DNA from: Haliotis rufescens
Taxonomy: Eukaryota
DNA length: 64,000 bases
NCBI RefSeq assembly: GCF_023055435.1
Contig: NW_025964361.1
Span: 47,740,001-47,804,000 of the forward strand
Direction: 5' to 3'
This document shows positions 49,749 through 62,349 of this stretch, piece after piece (position 1 is the first letter of the stretch; every line of letters begins with the position of its first letter). The translations under genes were made by a program, and so were the position numbers. The notes beneath the pieces are model-generated. The model was given only the letters and a program-made list of their open reading frames with translations, was not told where the DNA came from and searched no databases.

Positions 49749-50284
49749 GTGGGGAAACACTGGGGCTTGTCGTGGGCCTGTGTCACAATCAAAACAAAGT
49801 CCAGCTCTTCCCAAACACATCATTAAAGTATTTTAGAGCAAAATTTTAGCAAGTATTGAAAGACTCAAATTTGAAAAAAACAACCTTTGTGGACAGAAGT
49901 TACTATAAGACGAGTTACAAGTGCTGAATATGATGGGATAATATGTGTATGTGTTCATAAATAATCAGCATTAAAAATACATCTATCTTTATTGAAGTCA
50001 GGAGATCACTTCTATTGTACAGCATCCAAAAAGCCGTGTCAATTTCGTGTACATGTTGCGGGTGTCAAAATGACCACATTCAATTTTGCAAAAAGTGATT
50101 TAATTCTTGATCAGGCTGTCAGAACTTGCAATAGGCCAAGTATTTAACTGTGAAATGGTTTACTTTTCATGAAATATTATATTACCTTCAAGTAATATTT
50201 TAGGAAATTTTGTTTTCATTCTTAAGAAAAACAGAAAATGTCCAGTGAAAGGAATGTGATTTAAAAGTCTTTTTCTGGCTCCAG

Positions 50285-51453
50285 GACCATCTTCATCCAT
50301 CAGGAAACAGTAGAGATATCCTGGACATGGATGAGTTTCTAGCTCTGGGTGGAAACTCCCTCCAGGCTGTCAGTCTGGTCAACATGGTGGAGGATCAACT
50401 CGGGCATCATGGCTCCTTGCTTCTGGACACTGTCCTCAATAAGACTTTCCTTGACTTTGTCCAGCATGTCCAGGGGGTGATGGCAAGCGTCCAGAGCCAA
50501 GATGCAGCTGCTGTATCTGGGGATGGGAAGAGTGAGGACCCTGAACCTGTGCCAGCCACCATCCAGAGCCAAGATGCAGCTGCTGTATCTGGGGACGGGA
50601 AGAGTCAGGACCCTGAACCTGTGCCAGCAACCATCCAGAGCCAAGATGCAGCTGCTGTATCTGGGGATGGGAAGAGTCAGGACCCTGAACCTGTGCCAGC
50701 AACCATCCAGAGCCAAGATGCAGCTGCTGTATCTTGGGAGGGGAAGAGGGAGGACCCTGAACCTGTTCCAGCAACCATCCAGAGCCAAGATGCAGCTGCT
50801 GTATCTGGGGACGGGAAGAGTCAGGACCCTGAACCTGTTCCAGCAACATCTGCTCATCCTGTTGTGAGCGAGCCTGTATCAGCTGATATTACTGAAGATG
50901 TCCATGATGGCTCAAAAACACAGATGAAACTTGAAGGATGTTGGACAGAGCATATGTGTTGTAAATTTGCTGGGTCTGTTTCCCGAGGCAGTAAATATCA
51001 GGGAACAGTTAGGCTATCAATGGCCAGTGTAGACCCAGGTGCTACAGATATCCAGCAGGATCGTGTATCGAGTCAAGCAGATTTCGAGCAGGATCGTCTA
51101 TTGAGTCGAGCAGATGTCCAGCAGGATCGTGTATTGAGTCGAGCAGATGTCCAGCAGGATCGTGTATCGAGTAAAGCAGATGTCCAGCAGGATCGTGTAT
51201 CGAGTAAAGCAGATGTCCAGCAGGATCGTGTATCGAGTCAAGCAGATGTCCAGCAGGACCGTGTATCGAGTCCAGAAGATTTTGAGCAGTGTTATGTGTC
51301 AAGGCCTACAGGAGTGGAATGGGATCGGGTGTTGATGAACAGAGTCGACTCAAGTCATCCAGGAGTTGATCAGGATTGTGTGTCAATGTCCCTGTGCTGG
51401 AAGTATGACACTGAGAAGTGTGTGGATGCCTCGCCTCTGGTGGCAGTCAGCAG
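50285..51453 (+). CDS. AASDH: AASDH exon 11 (carrier/thiolation domain + repetitive linker + start of PQQ-like propeller)
   Basis: tccag|DHLHP...FLALGGNSLQAV (phosphopantetheine Ser at 50357) ... WKYDTEKCVDASPL|gtgagg. Confidence 0.9.
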
Positions 51454-51932
51454 GTGAGGCCTAATTATGACATTTATTGTCATTTTGATTTCATAAGGAT
51501 GGTGGGGTAGACTCACTCCCAACATATTTTGTCTTTCATCTGATCAATGTTTTATCATGACAAATTCAGTGACAAAACCCATATCTTGTAACAGGAGACA
51601 GCGACACACTCTGAAAGAGGGGTGGTGTAACAACTCAATTAACAATGTCAATATCGGGTGACACCACTTGTGTTAATACAGGCGATGCAGCATGACGACT
51701 TTTGAATGTTTTTAAATGGCATTTTGACCAAGAAAACTGTCAAACAAGAAAACAGTTATTGGTTTAGCTTGAAACAGGTCTTCTGTTTAGTCTTCTGGCT
51801 ACATTAATCCTGTGCTCTGATGTTGGGTAGTTTGCAGAGAAATATGTTCTCTGCAGAAAGGAACAGATATATGATATTTTATGTACATACTTCTTTGAGT
51901 TTCTCAGGACTTAGTGATACCATCTGTTCCAG

Positions 51933-52084
51933 CACTGGCAGCCATGTTGTGTACATCGGTTCCCACTCCCATCTCATGTGTGCTATTGACCTGAAAACTG
52001 GTTGTGAGTTGTGGAGGAAGAGACTCGGTGACCGTGTGGAGTCTTCAGCCTGCCTCAGTCAGTGTGGGCGATGGGTTGTCGTAG
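51933..52084 (+). CDS. AASDH: AASDH exon 12
   Basis: tccag|TGSHVVYIGSHSH...WRKRLGDRVESSA...VVVG|gtaggt. Confidence 0.93.
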
Positions 52085-52614
52085 GTAGGTGGAGACACAG
52101 ATTCAATTGAATGAGTAATATGAGTAATATCTTGGTCAGTTTCATTGCAATGACAAGGCTAATTCCAGGTACCGGTACCCAATAAGTAGGCATGTTAAAC
52201 ACTGGTAGTTTCAGCTATGATCCACAAGCATCCAGTGTTCTGCCGAGCCACGGCCGTGCGGGAATCACACAATAATTTATTGATTGCCGCATCATATTTA
52301 CACTCAGTGGGACATCAGGCGTTTTGATGTGGATGAGTTTATGAAACATAATTATGGGAGTCACTGACTGTCTCAAAAACAGTTCACTTGTCTTGGACAG
52401 CTGCTTCTATTATTGAATGTAAACGTCATGATCTTTGTTTCCTTATGCGTCTCAATTTACTGAGCCTGAAAGTCACAAATGGTCCATTTAGAATTGAGTT
52501 TACACATTTTTGCAAATATAGTGGTCATATTTATGATCGTGCCAAAGATGTTTCTGCTTCAAATGATCCCCATATCTCAGAATCACCAACCACAAGTTAG
52601 CGATACACTGAATG

Positions 52615-52757
52615 TGTCGCAGCACCCTTGGTCGTGGGTTTCACCGAAGTGGTAAACGTCTGAGACCTGCATCACTTAGGGCTTTCCTCCCACATTAAGC
52701 TGACATGCTGTGATATAACTGGAATACTGTTCAAAACAGTGTTAAACCCAACTCACT
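52615..52757 (+). mobile_element. SINE C 3' half
   Basis: GTGGGTTTCACCGAAGTGGTAAACGTCTGAGACCTGCATCAC...GTTAAACCCAACTCAC. Confidence 0.82.
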
Positions 52758-52835
52758 TAACTGTCACTAGTATAGCCCCATGAAACTGACCTTTAAAGAG
52801 AACTGTTTTAACCATGGCAACTTTGTATGTTGTAG

Positions 52836-52999
52836 GTTGCTATGACAACTGTGTGTACGTCCTCTGTGCAGTGTCAGGAGACATCAAGTGGATATATAAA
52901 ACACATGGCTGTGTCAAGAGCTCTCCAACCCTTGACCCCATCACCTCGCATATCATCATTGGCTCACATGATGGCTGTCTGCATTCAGTGGATATCTAT
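52836..52999 (+). CDS. AASDH: AASDH exon 13
   Basis: tgtag|GCYDNCVYVL...VKSSP...IGSHDGCLHSVDIY|gtaaga. Confidence 0.93.
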
Positions 53000-53257
53000 G
53001 TAAGATTTCAGAAGATGAAACATTTTACACCCAGACGTATACCTCACCTGCACATGTTGGCATTAATCAGAGACCATAAACCGAGGGACAGGCCTCGGCA
53101 GTAGAGTATCATTACAATCACTGCCACGACTGTGAGTGTAACGGGTACATTGAGACACCCTGCTTCTTTTCTCCGTCAGCGGTCAAGATGCACCACACAT
53201 GTGCAGATGCTCTTACCTGAGGACTCCCTTCGTCTAGTAAACAATCCTACGAACTGC

Positions 53258-53340
53258 TTGATTGCTGAGTTTGGTTTCCAGCTACGTGTATATGACGGCG
53301 GTCTGTAAATAATTGAGTCTGGACAAGACAATCCAGTGAA
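53258..53340 (-). mobile_element. SINE B 3' fragment
   Basis: TATATGACGGCGGTCTGTAAATAATTGAGTCTGGAC..ACAATCCAGTGA. Confidence 0.7.
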
Positions 53341-53358
53341 ATATTTGATGCTATTTTC

Positions 53359-53712
53359 TAAGGCTAAAAAAAAGTAGTCTTGGTTCTCAGACACCGCCCA
53401 CATCATCATAAAGTTTGCCGCACATTTTGTTTTTATTTCCATTTTAAATTTTTTTTAAAAAAATCCTTAAATATTCCAAATCCAATGGTATTCAAATACT
53501 GTATTCCAGTATTTTACTCATCAAGGAATACATTTTCTAGGGAGGCCCTTTCCCAGGTTGATTGTACACAACTGTTTATCTGGTTACACTGTTTATTTGG
53601 TTACATACTAGTTTGAACTAAAAAAAAGAAAAAAAAGAGGCCGCCCTCTCGCACTATATTTACAAAAGACATTGCCTGAGAACCAATTCATTCTTTTATT
53701 TTTTTAAGTCTA
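53359..53712 (+). mobile_element. ~360-bp TIR element, possibly Kolobok-like MITE (copy 1)
   Basis: TAAGGCTAAAAAAA..TTGGTTCTCAG / CTGAGAACCAA..TTTTTTAAGTCTAA; homologous to 45316-45709 and 60982-61359. Confidence 0.65.
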
Positions 53713-54288
53713 AAATTCGCAAAAAATCAGAAAGAAACTTTATAAATATTTTTTAGCATGGCTGCATGCACAAAATAATGGTCAAATGTTAAAATGTACT
53801 TGAATTTAATTTAAACGATGTTTGTCCAAGAAACATGTGCATGTAAGATGTAGGATAATGAAGTTTGAAGTGAGGTAATAATTTAAGTGATACCCTCTGA
53901 TGGACGGTCTTTACAAAACACCCAAATAAATAACGAAAAAAAAATTATGCCACTACAAAAAATATAATAAATCTTCCGACTGACTCCAGTATCTGAGGAC
54001 TTTGTTTCATATTTAATGGAATAATTTGTACTGGAAAATGGATAAATTGTGAATTTCTCGTAGGCCACTATTTTATTTTTGTATGATAGAACAATGGGAT
54101 GTGATGCGATGTCGCATGAAAGTGACACTTGGTCATGCACAGCAGTGATCGTCTCCAATCAGCCCCGAGGCCCGTCCCTCGGTATATAGTCTCTGGAATC
54201 CATGTACTACAATCAAACAAATTCATTATATTCACTGAAAAAATAAGCTGTCTCTTCTGATCATTGTATATTTTGTATGATGTTGTAG

Positions 54289-54414
54289 AGGCAGAGGTGT
54301 GTCTGGAGGCAGGCTCTCGGTGCCGGAAGTGTATTTTCCTCTCCGTGTGTCAGTCGCCATCGTCGCCATGTCTATGTGGGCACCCTCGGCTCAAACCTAC
54401 ATGCTGTCAACCCT
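54289..54414 (+). CDS. AASDH: AASDH exon 14
   Basis: tgtag|RQRCVWRQALGAGSVFSSPCVS...VYVGTLGSNLHAVNP|gtgagc. Confidence 0.92.
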
Positions 54415-54469
54415 GTGAGCATAGTTATCTTAAACATGAACTTTTGTTATCCAACATTTAACTGTGTAA

Positions 54470-57400
54470 TACCTCAACTAACCTTGTGTTATCCCAAGCC
54501 TGTCCCATTATTATCCTACGCTTAACCCTGTTATCCTCCACCTGACTTTGATATCCCAATTCTGATCCTCTGTTATCCCACACCTGCTAATGTGTTATCC
54601 TACATCTGATCCTGTGTTATCCCTCAGCTGATTTTGTTATCCCACACCTGATCCTCAGTTCTAACACCAGCTACTGTCATGTCATCCCCCCCCCCCTCCC
54701 CGTTACCCTGTCTTATCCTCAACCTAACCCTGTCTTATCCTCAACCTAACCCAGCCTTATCCTACACCTAACCCAGTCTTATCCTCCCAGTAACCCTGTC
54801 TTTTCCTCCCAGTAACCCTGTCTTATCCTCCCAGTAACCCAGTCTTATCCTACACCTAACCCTGTCTTAACCTCAACCTAACCCTGTCTTATCCTTTCCG
54901 TAACCCTGTCTTATCCTCAACCTAACCCTGTCTTATCCTCCCAGTAACCCTGTCTTATCCTCCACTTAACCCTGTCTTATTCTACACCTAACCCTGTCTT
55001 ATCCTCCACCTAACCCTGTCTTATCCTTTCCGTAACCCTGTCTTATCCTCAACCTAACCCTGTCTTATCCTTTCTGTAACCCTGTCTTATCCTCCACCTA
55101 ACCCAGTCTTATCCTCCCAGTAACCCTGTCTTATCCTCCACTTAACCCTGTCTTATTCTACACCTAACCCTGTCTTATCCTCCACCTAACCCTGTCTTAT
55201 CCTTTCCGTAACCCTGACTTATCCTCCACCTAACCCCTTCTTATCCTCCACCTAACCCTGTCTTATCCTCCACCTAATCCTGTCTTATCCTCCACCTAAC
55301 CCTGTCTTATCCTCCACCTAACCCAGTCTTTTCCTCCACCTAACCATGTCTTATCCTCCACCTAACCCTGTCTTATCCTCCACCTAACCCAGTCTTATCC
55401 TCCACCTAACCCTGTCTTATCCTCCACCTAACTCAGTGTTATCTTCCACCTAACCCAGTCTTATCCTCCACCTAACCCAGTGTTATCTTTCACCTAACCC
55501 AGTCTTATCCTCCACCTAACCCTGTCTTATCCTCCACCTAACCCAGTGTTATCTTCCACCTAACCCAGTCTTATCCTCCACCTAACCCAGTGTTATCTTC
55601 CACCTAACCCTGTCTTATCCTCCACCTAACCCAGTCTTATCCTCCACCTTATCCTGTCTTATCCTCCACCCTTATCCTGTCTTATCCTCCACCTAACCCT
55701 GTCTTATCCTCCACCTAACCCAGTCTTATCCTCCACCTAACCCAGTCTTATCCTCCACCTAACCCTGTCTTATCCTCCACCTTATCCTGTCTTATCCTCC
55801 ACCTAACCCAGTCTTTTCCTCCACCTAACCATGTCTTATCCTCCACCTAACCCTGTCTTATCCTCCACCTAACCCAGTCTTATCCTCCACCTAACCCAGT
55901 CTTATCCTCCACCTAACTCAGTGTTATCTTCCACCTAACCCAGTCTTATCCTCCACCTAACCCTGTCTTATCCTTTCCGTAACCCTGTCTTATCCTCAAC
56001 CTAACCCTGTCTTATCCTCCCAGTAACCCTGTCTTATCCTCCACTTTACCCTGTCTTATTCTACACCTAACCCTGTCTTATCCTCCACCTAACCCTGTCT
56101 TATCCTTTCCGTAACCCTGTCTTATCCTCCACCTAACCCTGTCTTATCCTTTCTGTAACCCTGTCTTATCCTCCACCTAACCCAGTCTTATCCTCCCAGT
56201 AACCCTGTCTTATCCTCCACTTAACCCTGTCTTATTCTACACCAAGCCCTGTCTTATCCTCCACCTAACCCTGTCTTATCCTTTCCGTAACCCTGACTTA
56301 TCCTCCACCTAACCCCTTCTTATCCTCCACCTAACCCTGTCTTATCCTCCACCTAATCCTGTCTTATCCTCCACCTAACCCTGTCTTATCCTCCACCTAA
56401 CCCAGTCTTTTCCTCCACCTAACCATGTCTTATCCTCCACCTAACCCTGTCTTATCCTCCACCTAACCCAGTCTTATCCTCCACCTAACCCTGTCTTATC
56501 CTCCACCTAACTCAGTGTTATCTTCCACCTAACCCAGTCTTTTCCTCCACCTAACCATGTCTTATCCTCCACCTAACCCAGTCTTTTCCTCCACCTAACC
56601 CTGTCTTATCCTCCACCTAACCCAGTCTTATCCTCCACCTAACCCAGTCTTATCCTCCACCTAACTCAGTGTTATCTTCCACCTAACCCAGTCTTATCCT
56701 CCACCTAACCCAGTCTTATCCTCCACCTAACTCAGTGTTATCTTCCACCTAACCCAGTCTTATCCTCCACCTAACCCTGTCTTATCCTCCACCTAACCCT
56801 GTCTTATTCTACACCTAGCCCTGTCTTATCCTCCACCTAACCCTGTCTTATCCTTTCCGTAACCCTGACTTATCCTCCACCTAACCCCTTCTTATCCTCC
56901 ACCTAACCCTGTCTTATCCTCCACCTAATCCTGTCTTATCCTCCACCTAACCCTGTCTTATCCTCCACCTAACCCAGTCTTTTCCTCCACCTAACCATGT
57001 CTTATCCTCCACCTAACCCTGTCTTATCCTCCACCTAACCCAGTCTTATCCTCCACCTAACCCTGTCTTATCCTCCACCTAACTCAGTGTTATCTTCCAC
57101 CTAACCCAGTCTTTTCCTCCACCTAACCATGTCTTATCCTCCACCTAACCCAGTCTTTTCCTCCACCTAACCCTGTCTTATCCTCCACCTAACCCAGTCT
57201 TATCCTCCACCTAACCCAGTCTTATCCTCCACCTAACTCAGTGTTATCTTCCACCTAACCCAGTCTTATCCTCCACCTAACCCAGTCTTATCCTCCACCT
57301 AACTCAGTGTTATCTTCCACCTAACCCAGTCTTATCCTCCACCTAACCCTGTCTTATCCTCCACCTAACTCAGTGTTATCTTCCACCTAACCCAGTCTTA

Positions 57401-58528
57401 TCCTCCACCTAACCCAGTGTTATCTTCCACCTAACCCAGTCTTATCCTCCACCTAACCCTGTCTTATCCTCCACCTAACCCAGTCTTATCCTCCACCTAA
57501 CCCAGTCTTATCCTCCACCCAACTCAGTGTTATCTTCCACCTAACCCAGTCTTATCCTCCACCTAACCCAGTCTTATCCTCCACCTAACTCAGTGTTATC
57601 TTCCACCTAACCCAGTCTTATCCTCCACCTAACCCAGTGTTATCTTCCACCTAACCCAGTCTTATCCTCCACCTAACCCAGTCTTATCCTCCACCTTATC
57701 CTGTCTTATCCTCCACCTTATCCTCCACCTAACCCTGTCTTATCCTCCACCTAACCCAGTCTTATCCTCCACCTAACCCAGTCTTATCCTCCACCTAACC
57801 CTGTCTTATCCTCCACCTTATCCTGTCTTATCCTCCACCTAACCCTGTCTTATCCTCCACCTAACCCTGTCTTATCCTCCACCTTATCCTGTCTTATCCT
57901 CCACCTAACCCAGTCTTATCCTCCACCTAACCCAGTCTTATCCTCCACCTAACCATGTCTTATCCTCCACCTAACCCTGTCTTATCCTCCACCTAACCCA
58001 GTGTTATCTTCCACCTAACCCAGTCTTATCCTCCACCTAACCCAGTCTTATCCTCCACCTAACCATGTCTTATCCTCCACCTAACCCTGTCTTATCCTCC
58101 ACCTAACCCTGTCTTATCCTCCACCTAACCCAGTCTTATCCTCCACCTAACCATGTCTTATCCTCCACCTAACCCTGTCTTATCCTCCACCTAACCCAGT
58201 GTTATCTTCCACCTAACCCAGTCTTATCCTCCACCTAACCCAGTCTTATCCTCCACCTAACCATGTCTTATCCTCCACCTAACCCTGTCTTATCCTCCAC
58301 CTAACCCTGTCTTATCCTCCACCTAACCCAGTCTTATCCTCCACCTAACCCAGTCTTATCCTCCACCTAACCCTGTCTTATCCTCCACCTAACCCTGTCT
58401 TATCCTCCACCTTATCCTGTCTTATCCTCCACCTAACCCTGTCTTATCCTCCACCTAACCCTGTCTTATCCTCCACCTAACCCTGTCTTATCTTCCACCT
58501 AACCCTGTCTTATCCTCCACCTGTGTTA
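54470..58528. repeat. 22-bp satellite filling AASDH intron 14
   Basis: (CCTAACCC(T/A)GTCTTATCCTCCA)n, degenerate toward exon 14. Confidence 0.97.
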
Positions 58529-58644
58529 TTCTCATGATTCTGTTATTCTATCTCTATGTAAAGACAGAATAATTTAATATCTTCAAAGCAAGCTTGGAAT
58601 TGTTTTGATGTATGCTTTCTGACATATTAATTTTTTCTGAACAG

Positions 58645-58776
58645 GATACCGGTGATGTGCTGTGGTCCCGAGATACAACAAAACCTGTCTTCTCCTCTCC
58701 AGCTGAGAACCACAATAGTGTTATAGTTGGTTGTGTGGATGGTAGCATATTGTGTTTCAACCATCAGGGTGACAAG
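58645..58776 (+). CDS. AASDH: AASDH exon 15
   Basis: aacag|DTGDVLWSRDTTKPVFSSP...VGCVDGSILCFNHQGDK|gtaaca. Confidence 0.93.
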
Positions 58777-58842
58777 GTAACAATTGTGAAATATTATCCT
58801 GAATGTAATAGTGATTTCTTATTGAAATATTAATTTAAAATA

Positions 58843-59111
58843 ACCCGTGAAGATTCCGGGGTAGAATAGGTCTTCAGCAACCCATGCTTGCCATAAAAGG
58901 TGACTATGCTTGTCGTAAAAGGCGACTAATGGGATCGGGTGGTCAGGCCCGCTGACTTGGTTGATGCATGTCATCGATCCCAATTGTGTGGATCGATGGT
59001 CATAATATTAATCACTGGATTGTCTGGTCCAGACTCGATTATTTACAGACCGCCGTCATATAGCTGGAATATTGCTGAGTGTGGCGTTAAACAACAAACC
59101 AACCAACCAAC
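58843..59111 (+). mobile_element. SINE family B (Meta/MESC-like core), (CAAA/CCAA)n tail
   Basis: CCCGTGAAGA..GGTCTTCAGCAACCCATGCTTG..TGTCGTAA(G/A)AGGCGACTAA..GCTGGAATATTGCTGAGTGTGGCGTTAAACAACAAAC. Confidence 0.85.
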
Positions 59112-59379
59112 TAATTTAAAATATATATTATGAACTGTTGAATATATAATTAGCTACAAGGCATGTGCAGTTGACTATTATGTGCATTGATTAAATGCAA
59201 TATAAGGACTATGGATCCTTAAACTTAATAAGGCTGGGTCGATAATGCAAATGTCATGCTAACTTACAATGACACAGTTAACAATTACACCAAATTACAC
59301 CATATGCATTAATGACAAATATGTGTGTACACCTTTAAGTGTACTGATAGTGAAGATAGTGACTTTGTTGTTGCCACAG

Positions 59380-60891
59380 ATTTGGACTTTCTCCACTGAT
59401 GGCCCAGTATTTTCCTCACCGCTGATCATAACTCCACCCCAAGTCTCTACGTGTACCTCAACTGAACCTGAGGATGTGGTGCTAGTGGGCTCCCATGACA
59501 AGCACCTGTACTGCCTCACAATGACCGGGCAGAAGCTATGGCGCTGGGCGGCAGACTCAGCCGTATACACCACACCGTTTGTCTGGCACCAGGGAGCCAC
59601 ACAGGAGTGGCGGCACAGGAATGGAGGGCTTGCCTCCTGGGGGACGTCCTTGGAAGAAGAACTTCATTATCAGACAGAGCTGTCTAATGGTATAGCTTTA
59701 CCCTCAGCTACACATCATATGACTTTCAGCTCGGATTTAAAACTGGCAGATTCTGTCAAACAACTTTTGGTAGATCACAAGCTGAGACAAATGTGTAAAT
59801 GTTCACTTCATGGAGACAAACGTAATGACTGTAAGCTAATGCTACATAAAAAGGGTTTGTACAATGTCTCCAGGATCAGCTCTATGAACTGTGTTACATG
59901 TAGTTCTGGAAAGCACAAGACTTTCCTCAGCATGATGGAAGAACCTTGTGTCAAGAAACAGAGATTTCACATTGACAACGCTTCTCATTTTAAAGTCCCG
60001 GTGTATAAACGTGATTTGTTTCATGCTGGTAATCAACAGGTTCCTGAACCATGTACAAACTCATCATCAGCTTCGTGTCAAAACCTAAGTCTGGATATTT
60101 CCTCAAAGCTCCACCCACCTGTTGTCATTGTACCAGATACAGCATTGTCCCCTCAACCTTCCTCAATGTCTGTGGACATATCAGATACAGCAGCTTATTC
60201 TGAAGGGAAAGGTTCTGGACTGAATCTTTGTCTTGATGGAAGTCATATCCACAATAACCAAACTACCCCACCTACCTCTCAACAAATATCAGGTACTATT
60301 GATCAGCATTTGAAATGTCTTCCAAAAGGACAGCTGCCTTCAGACTCAAATACCACAGTTCATGATGATACAACACGACAAGCCCAGACAGAAAACATTC
60401 CATGTGAACCCAACTCTCTGTGTACCCATGTCCGAGTCCCAAAACATCCATGTCATTGTCAAGGTTCTCAAGGCTCTTCAGAATCCTTACCAGAGTTGTC
60501 AAGCTCTGGTCCTGTCCTTGATTCATCCTTACCAGAGATGTTTGATCCTGTCTTTGACACATCCTTGTCCGATGAATCTGCCAGGAGGACCATCACAAGG
60601 GAATGCTGTGGATATGCTGTTCCTGTTCCTGTGAGCATCAGTCCTGGATGTTGCAGCAGGACGTGTAGGTCCCAAGAAGGTTCAGCAGCACCCCAGCAGG
60701 ATGTCCACCCCGTTGTGTATGTGGCCTCTACCAGTGGCAACCTGACCGCTCTGTGTGTGGCCACTGGGCAGCAGCTGGCCAGTACATGTTTGCCTGGAGA
60801 AGTGTTCTCCTCTCCCATCGTGGTCGATGGACGGTTGGTGGTTGGGTGCAGAGACAATAACATTTATTGTTTCACTGTTGTTGACATTTAG
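59380..60891 (+). CDS. AASDH: AASDH exon 16 (terminal)
   Basis: cacag|IWTFSTDGPVFSSP...GSHD...[long insertion]...LPGEVFSSP...VVGCRDNNIYCFTVVDI*; C-terminal motif typical of AASDH. Confidence 0.92.
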   Translation: MWTFSTDGPVFSSPLIITPPQVSTCTSTEPEDVVLVGSHDKHLYCLTMTGQKLWRWAADSAVYTTPFVWHQGATQEWRHRNGGLASWGTSLEEELHYQTELSNGIALPSATHHMTFSSDLKLADSVKQLLVDHKLRQMCKCSLHGDKRNDCKLMLHKKGLYNVSRISSMNCVTCSSGKHKTFLSMMEEPCVKKQRFHIDNASHFKVPVYKRDLFHAGNQQVPEPCTNSSSASCQNLSLDISSKLHPPVVIVPDTALSPQPSSMSVDISDTAAYSEGKGSGLNLCLDGSHIHNNQTTPPTSQQISGTIDQHLKCLPKGQLPSDSNTTVHDDTTRQAQTENIPCEPNSLCTHVRVPKHPCHCQGSQGSSESLPELSSSGPVLDSSLPEMFDPVFDTSLSDESARRTITRECCGYAVPVPVSISPGCCSRTCRSQEGSAAPQQDVHPVVYVASTSGNLTALCVATGQQLASTCLPGEVFSSPIVVDGRLVVGCRDNNIYCFTVVDI

Positions 60892-60981
60892 AAACGGTCC
60901 AGCCTGTATCAGGTGATGTCCAAGTGCAGTGAATCAGGATATTGACAATATGTGCAAAATCTTTCACCAAAATTGATTGAT

Positions 60982-61359
60982 AAAAAAATAATAGTCTTGG
61001 TTCTCAGGCACCGCCCACATCATCAGTAAGTCTGCATTTTGATTTTATTTACATTTTCAATTCTTTTTATAAAATCCTAATACTTAAAAACAATGTGATC
61101 CAATATATCACGCAATTTCTTCCCTTTACAAGCGCACTGCTTTGCTGCGCATATCGTATTATGGTCATGGCAGCAATAGGAGTTTGTATGCTTGTTTATG
61201 TATGGAGGCCCTTTCCCAGATTGATGGTACACAACTGTTTATTTGGTTACATACTCGTTTGAACAAGCGGAAAAGAAAGAAAACACACCGCCCGCACACC
61301 TGCACTATCTTTTCAAAAATCATTGCCTGAGAACCAATTCTTTTATGTTTTAAGCCTTA
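60982..61359 (+). mobile_element. Same TIR family (copy 3), just downstream of the AASDH stop codon
   Basis: AGTCTTGGTTCTCAGGCACCGCCCACATCATCA...CATTGCCTGAGAACCAATTC...AAGCCTTA. Confidence 0.65.
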
Positions 61360-61935
61360 TATATTATTCAGTGAACAGGCTGGAGAATCAAGGGAGGTCA
61401 CCAAGCACATGACAGGTACAGGGTCATGAAATATCACAATTATCTTGAGGGTCGTGAAATAACAATTATCTTTAGAGTCTTGCATTTGACAGATACGTTT
61501 GGGTAGAACATGAAATATATATTTGTGATACTTATGATAGCAAATAACTGGCATTTGACAATAACAAATATCTATTATACAAAATGTGATCACTGTAACC
61601 ATGGTAACCTGAATGTGGTTATTTGAGGTTGTGTAAGTAGCATGAGCTAAATCTGATTTACAACATGCTGAGAAGACAAATTCATATGGCAGCAATCACT
61701 TGCAGAGAAAGTGCAATATTATTGACAATTGGTGCATTTACCATTATACATGTTATGAAACAACATATCAACACTTTTATGATATTCTTTTATTTCTATA
61801 CTCAATTACTCATACTTGTATGATGAAATAGGGCAGTTCTTTACAGACATATTTATTTATGTATTTTATTCTTTTATGTTGTCCTGATGAAATGAATGTA
61901 TTGATCTTCCATCTAAGTGAAAGTCACAATATTGT

Positions 61936-62105
61936 GGGGCGGTCGGGTAGCCCAGTGGTTAAAGTGTTCGCACATCACGTCGAAGACCTGGGTTCAATTC
62001 CCGACATGGGTACAATGTGTGAAAAACATTTATGGTGTCCCCTGCCGTGATATTGCTGGAATATTGCTAAAAACTGCGTAAAACCATACTCAATCGTTCA
62101 CTCAC
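61936..62105 (+). mobile_element. SINE A
   Basis: TSD TCACAATATTGT. Confidence 0.9.
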
Positions 62106-62142
62106 TCACAATATTGTGTCTCCTTGTGTTCTCAAACCAAAC

Positions 62143-62307
62143 AGTTCGTCCCGAGTATGTTTCTAGGTTTGTCAGCACCATATCCATGCTCCTGGTTTCA
62201 CTAAAGTGATAAATGTCCGAGACCTGCATCACTTTGGCTTTTCTCCCACATCAAACTGACACTTTAAAGAGGCTTTAAACTCAACTCACTCACTCTCAAC
62301 TCACTCA
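62143..62307 (+). mobile_element. SINE C 3' part
   Basis: TATGTTTCTAGGTTTGTCAGCACCATA...GAGACCTGCATCAC...(CTCA)n. Confidence 0.8.
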
Positions 62308-62349
62308 GTCTCAAACTATGTCTTTTTTTGTGAAGCTCTGAGTTGTGAA

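Noticed and set aside
54700-58520. Interstitial telomere
   Set aside because: No tandem (TTAGGG)n; only one partial motif per 22-bp unit.
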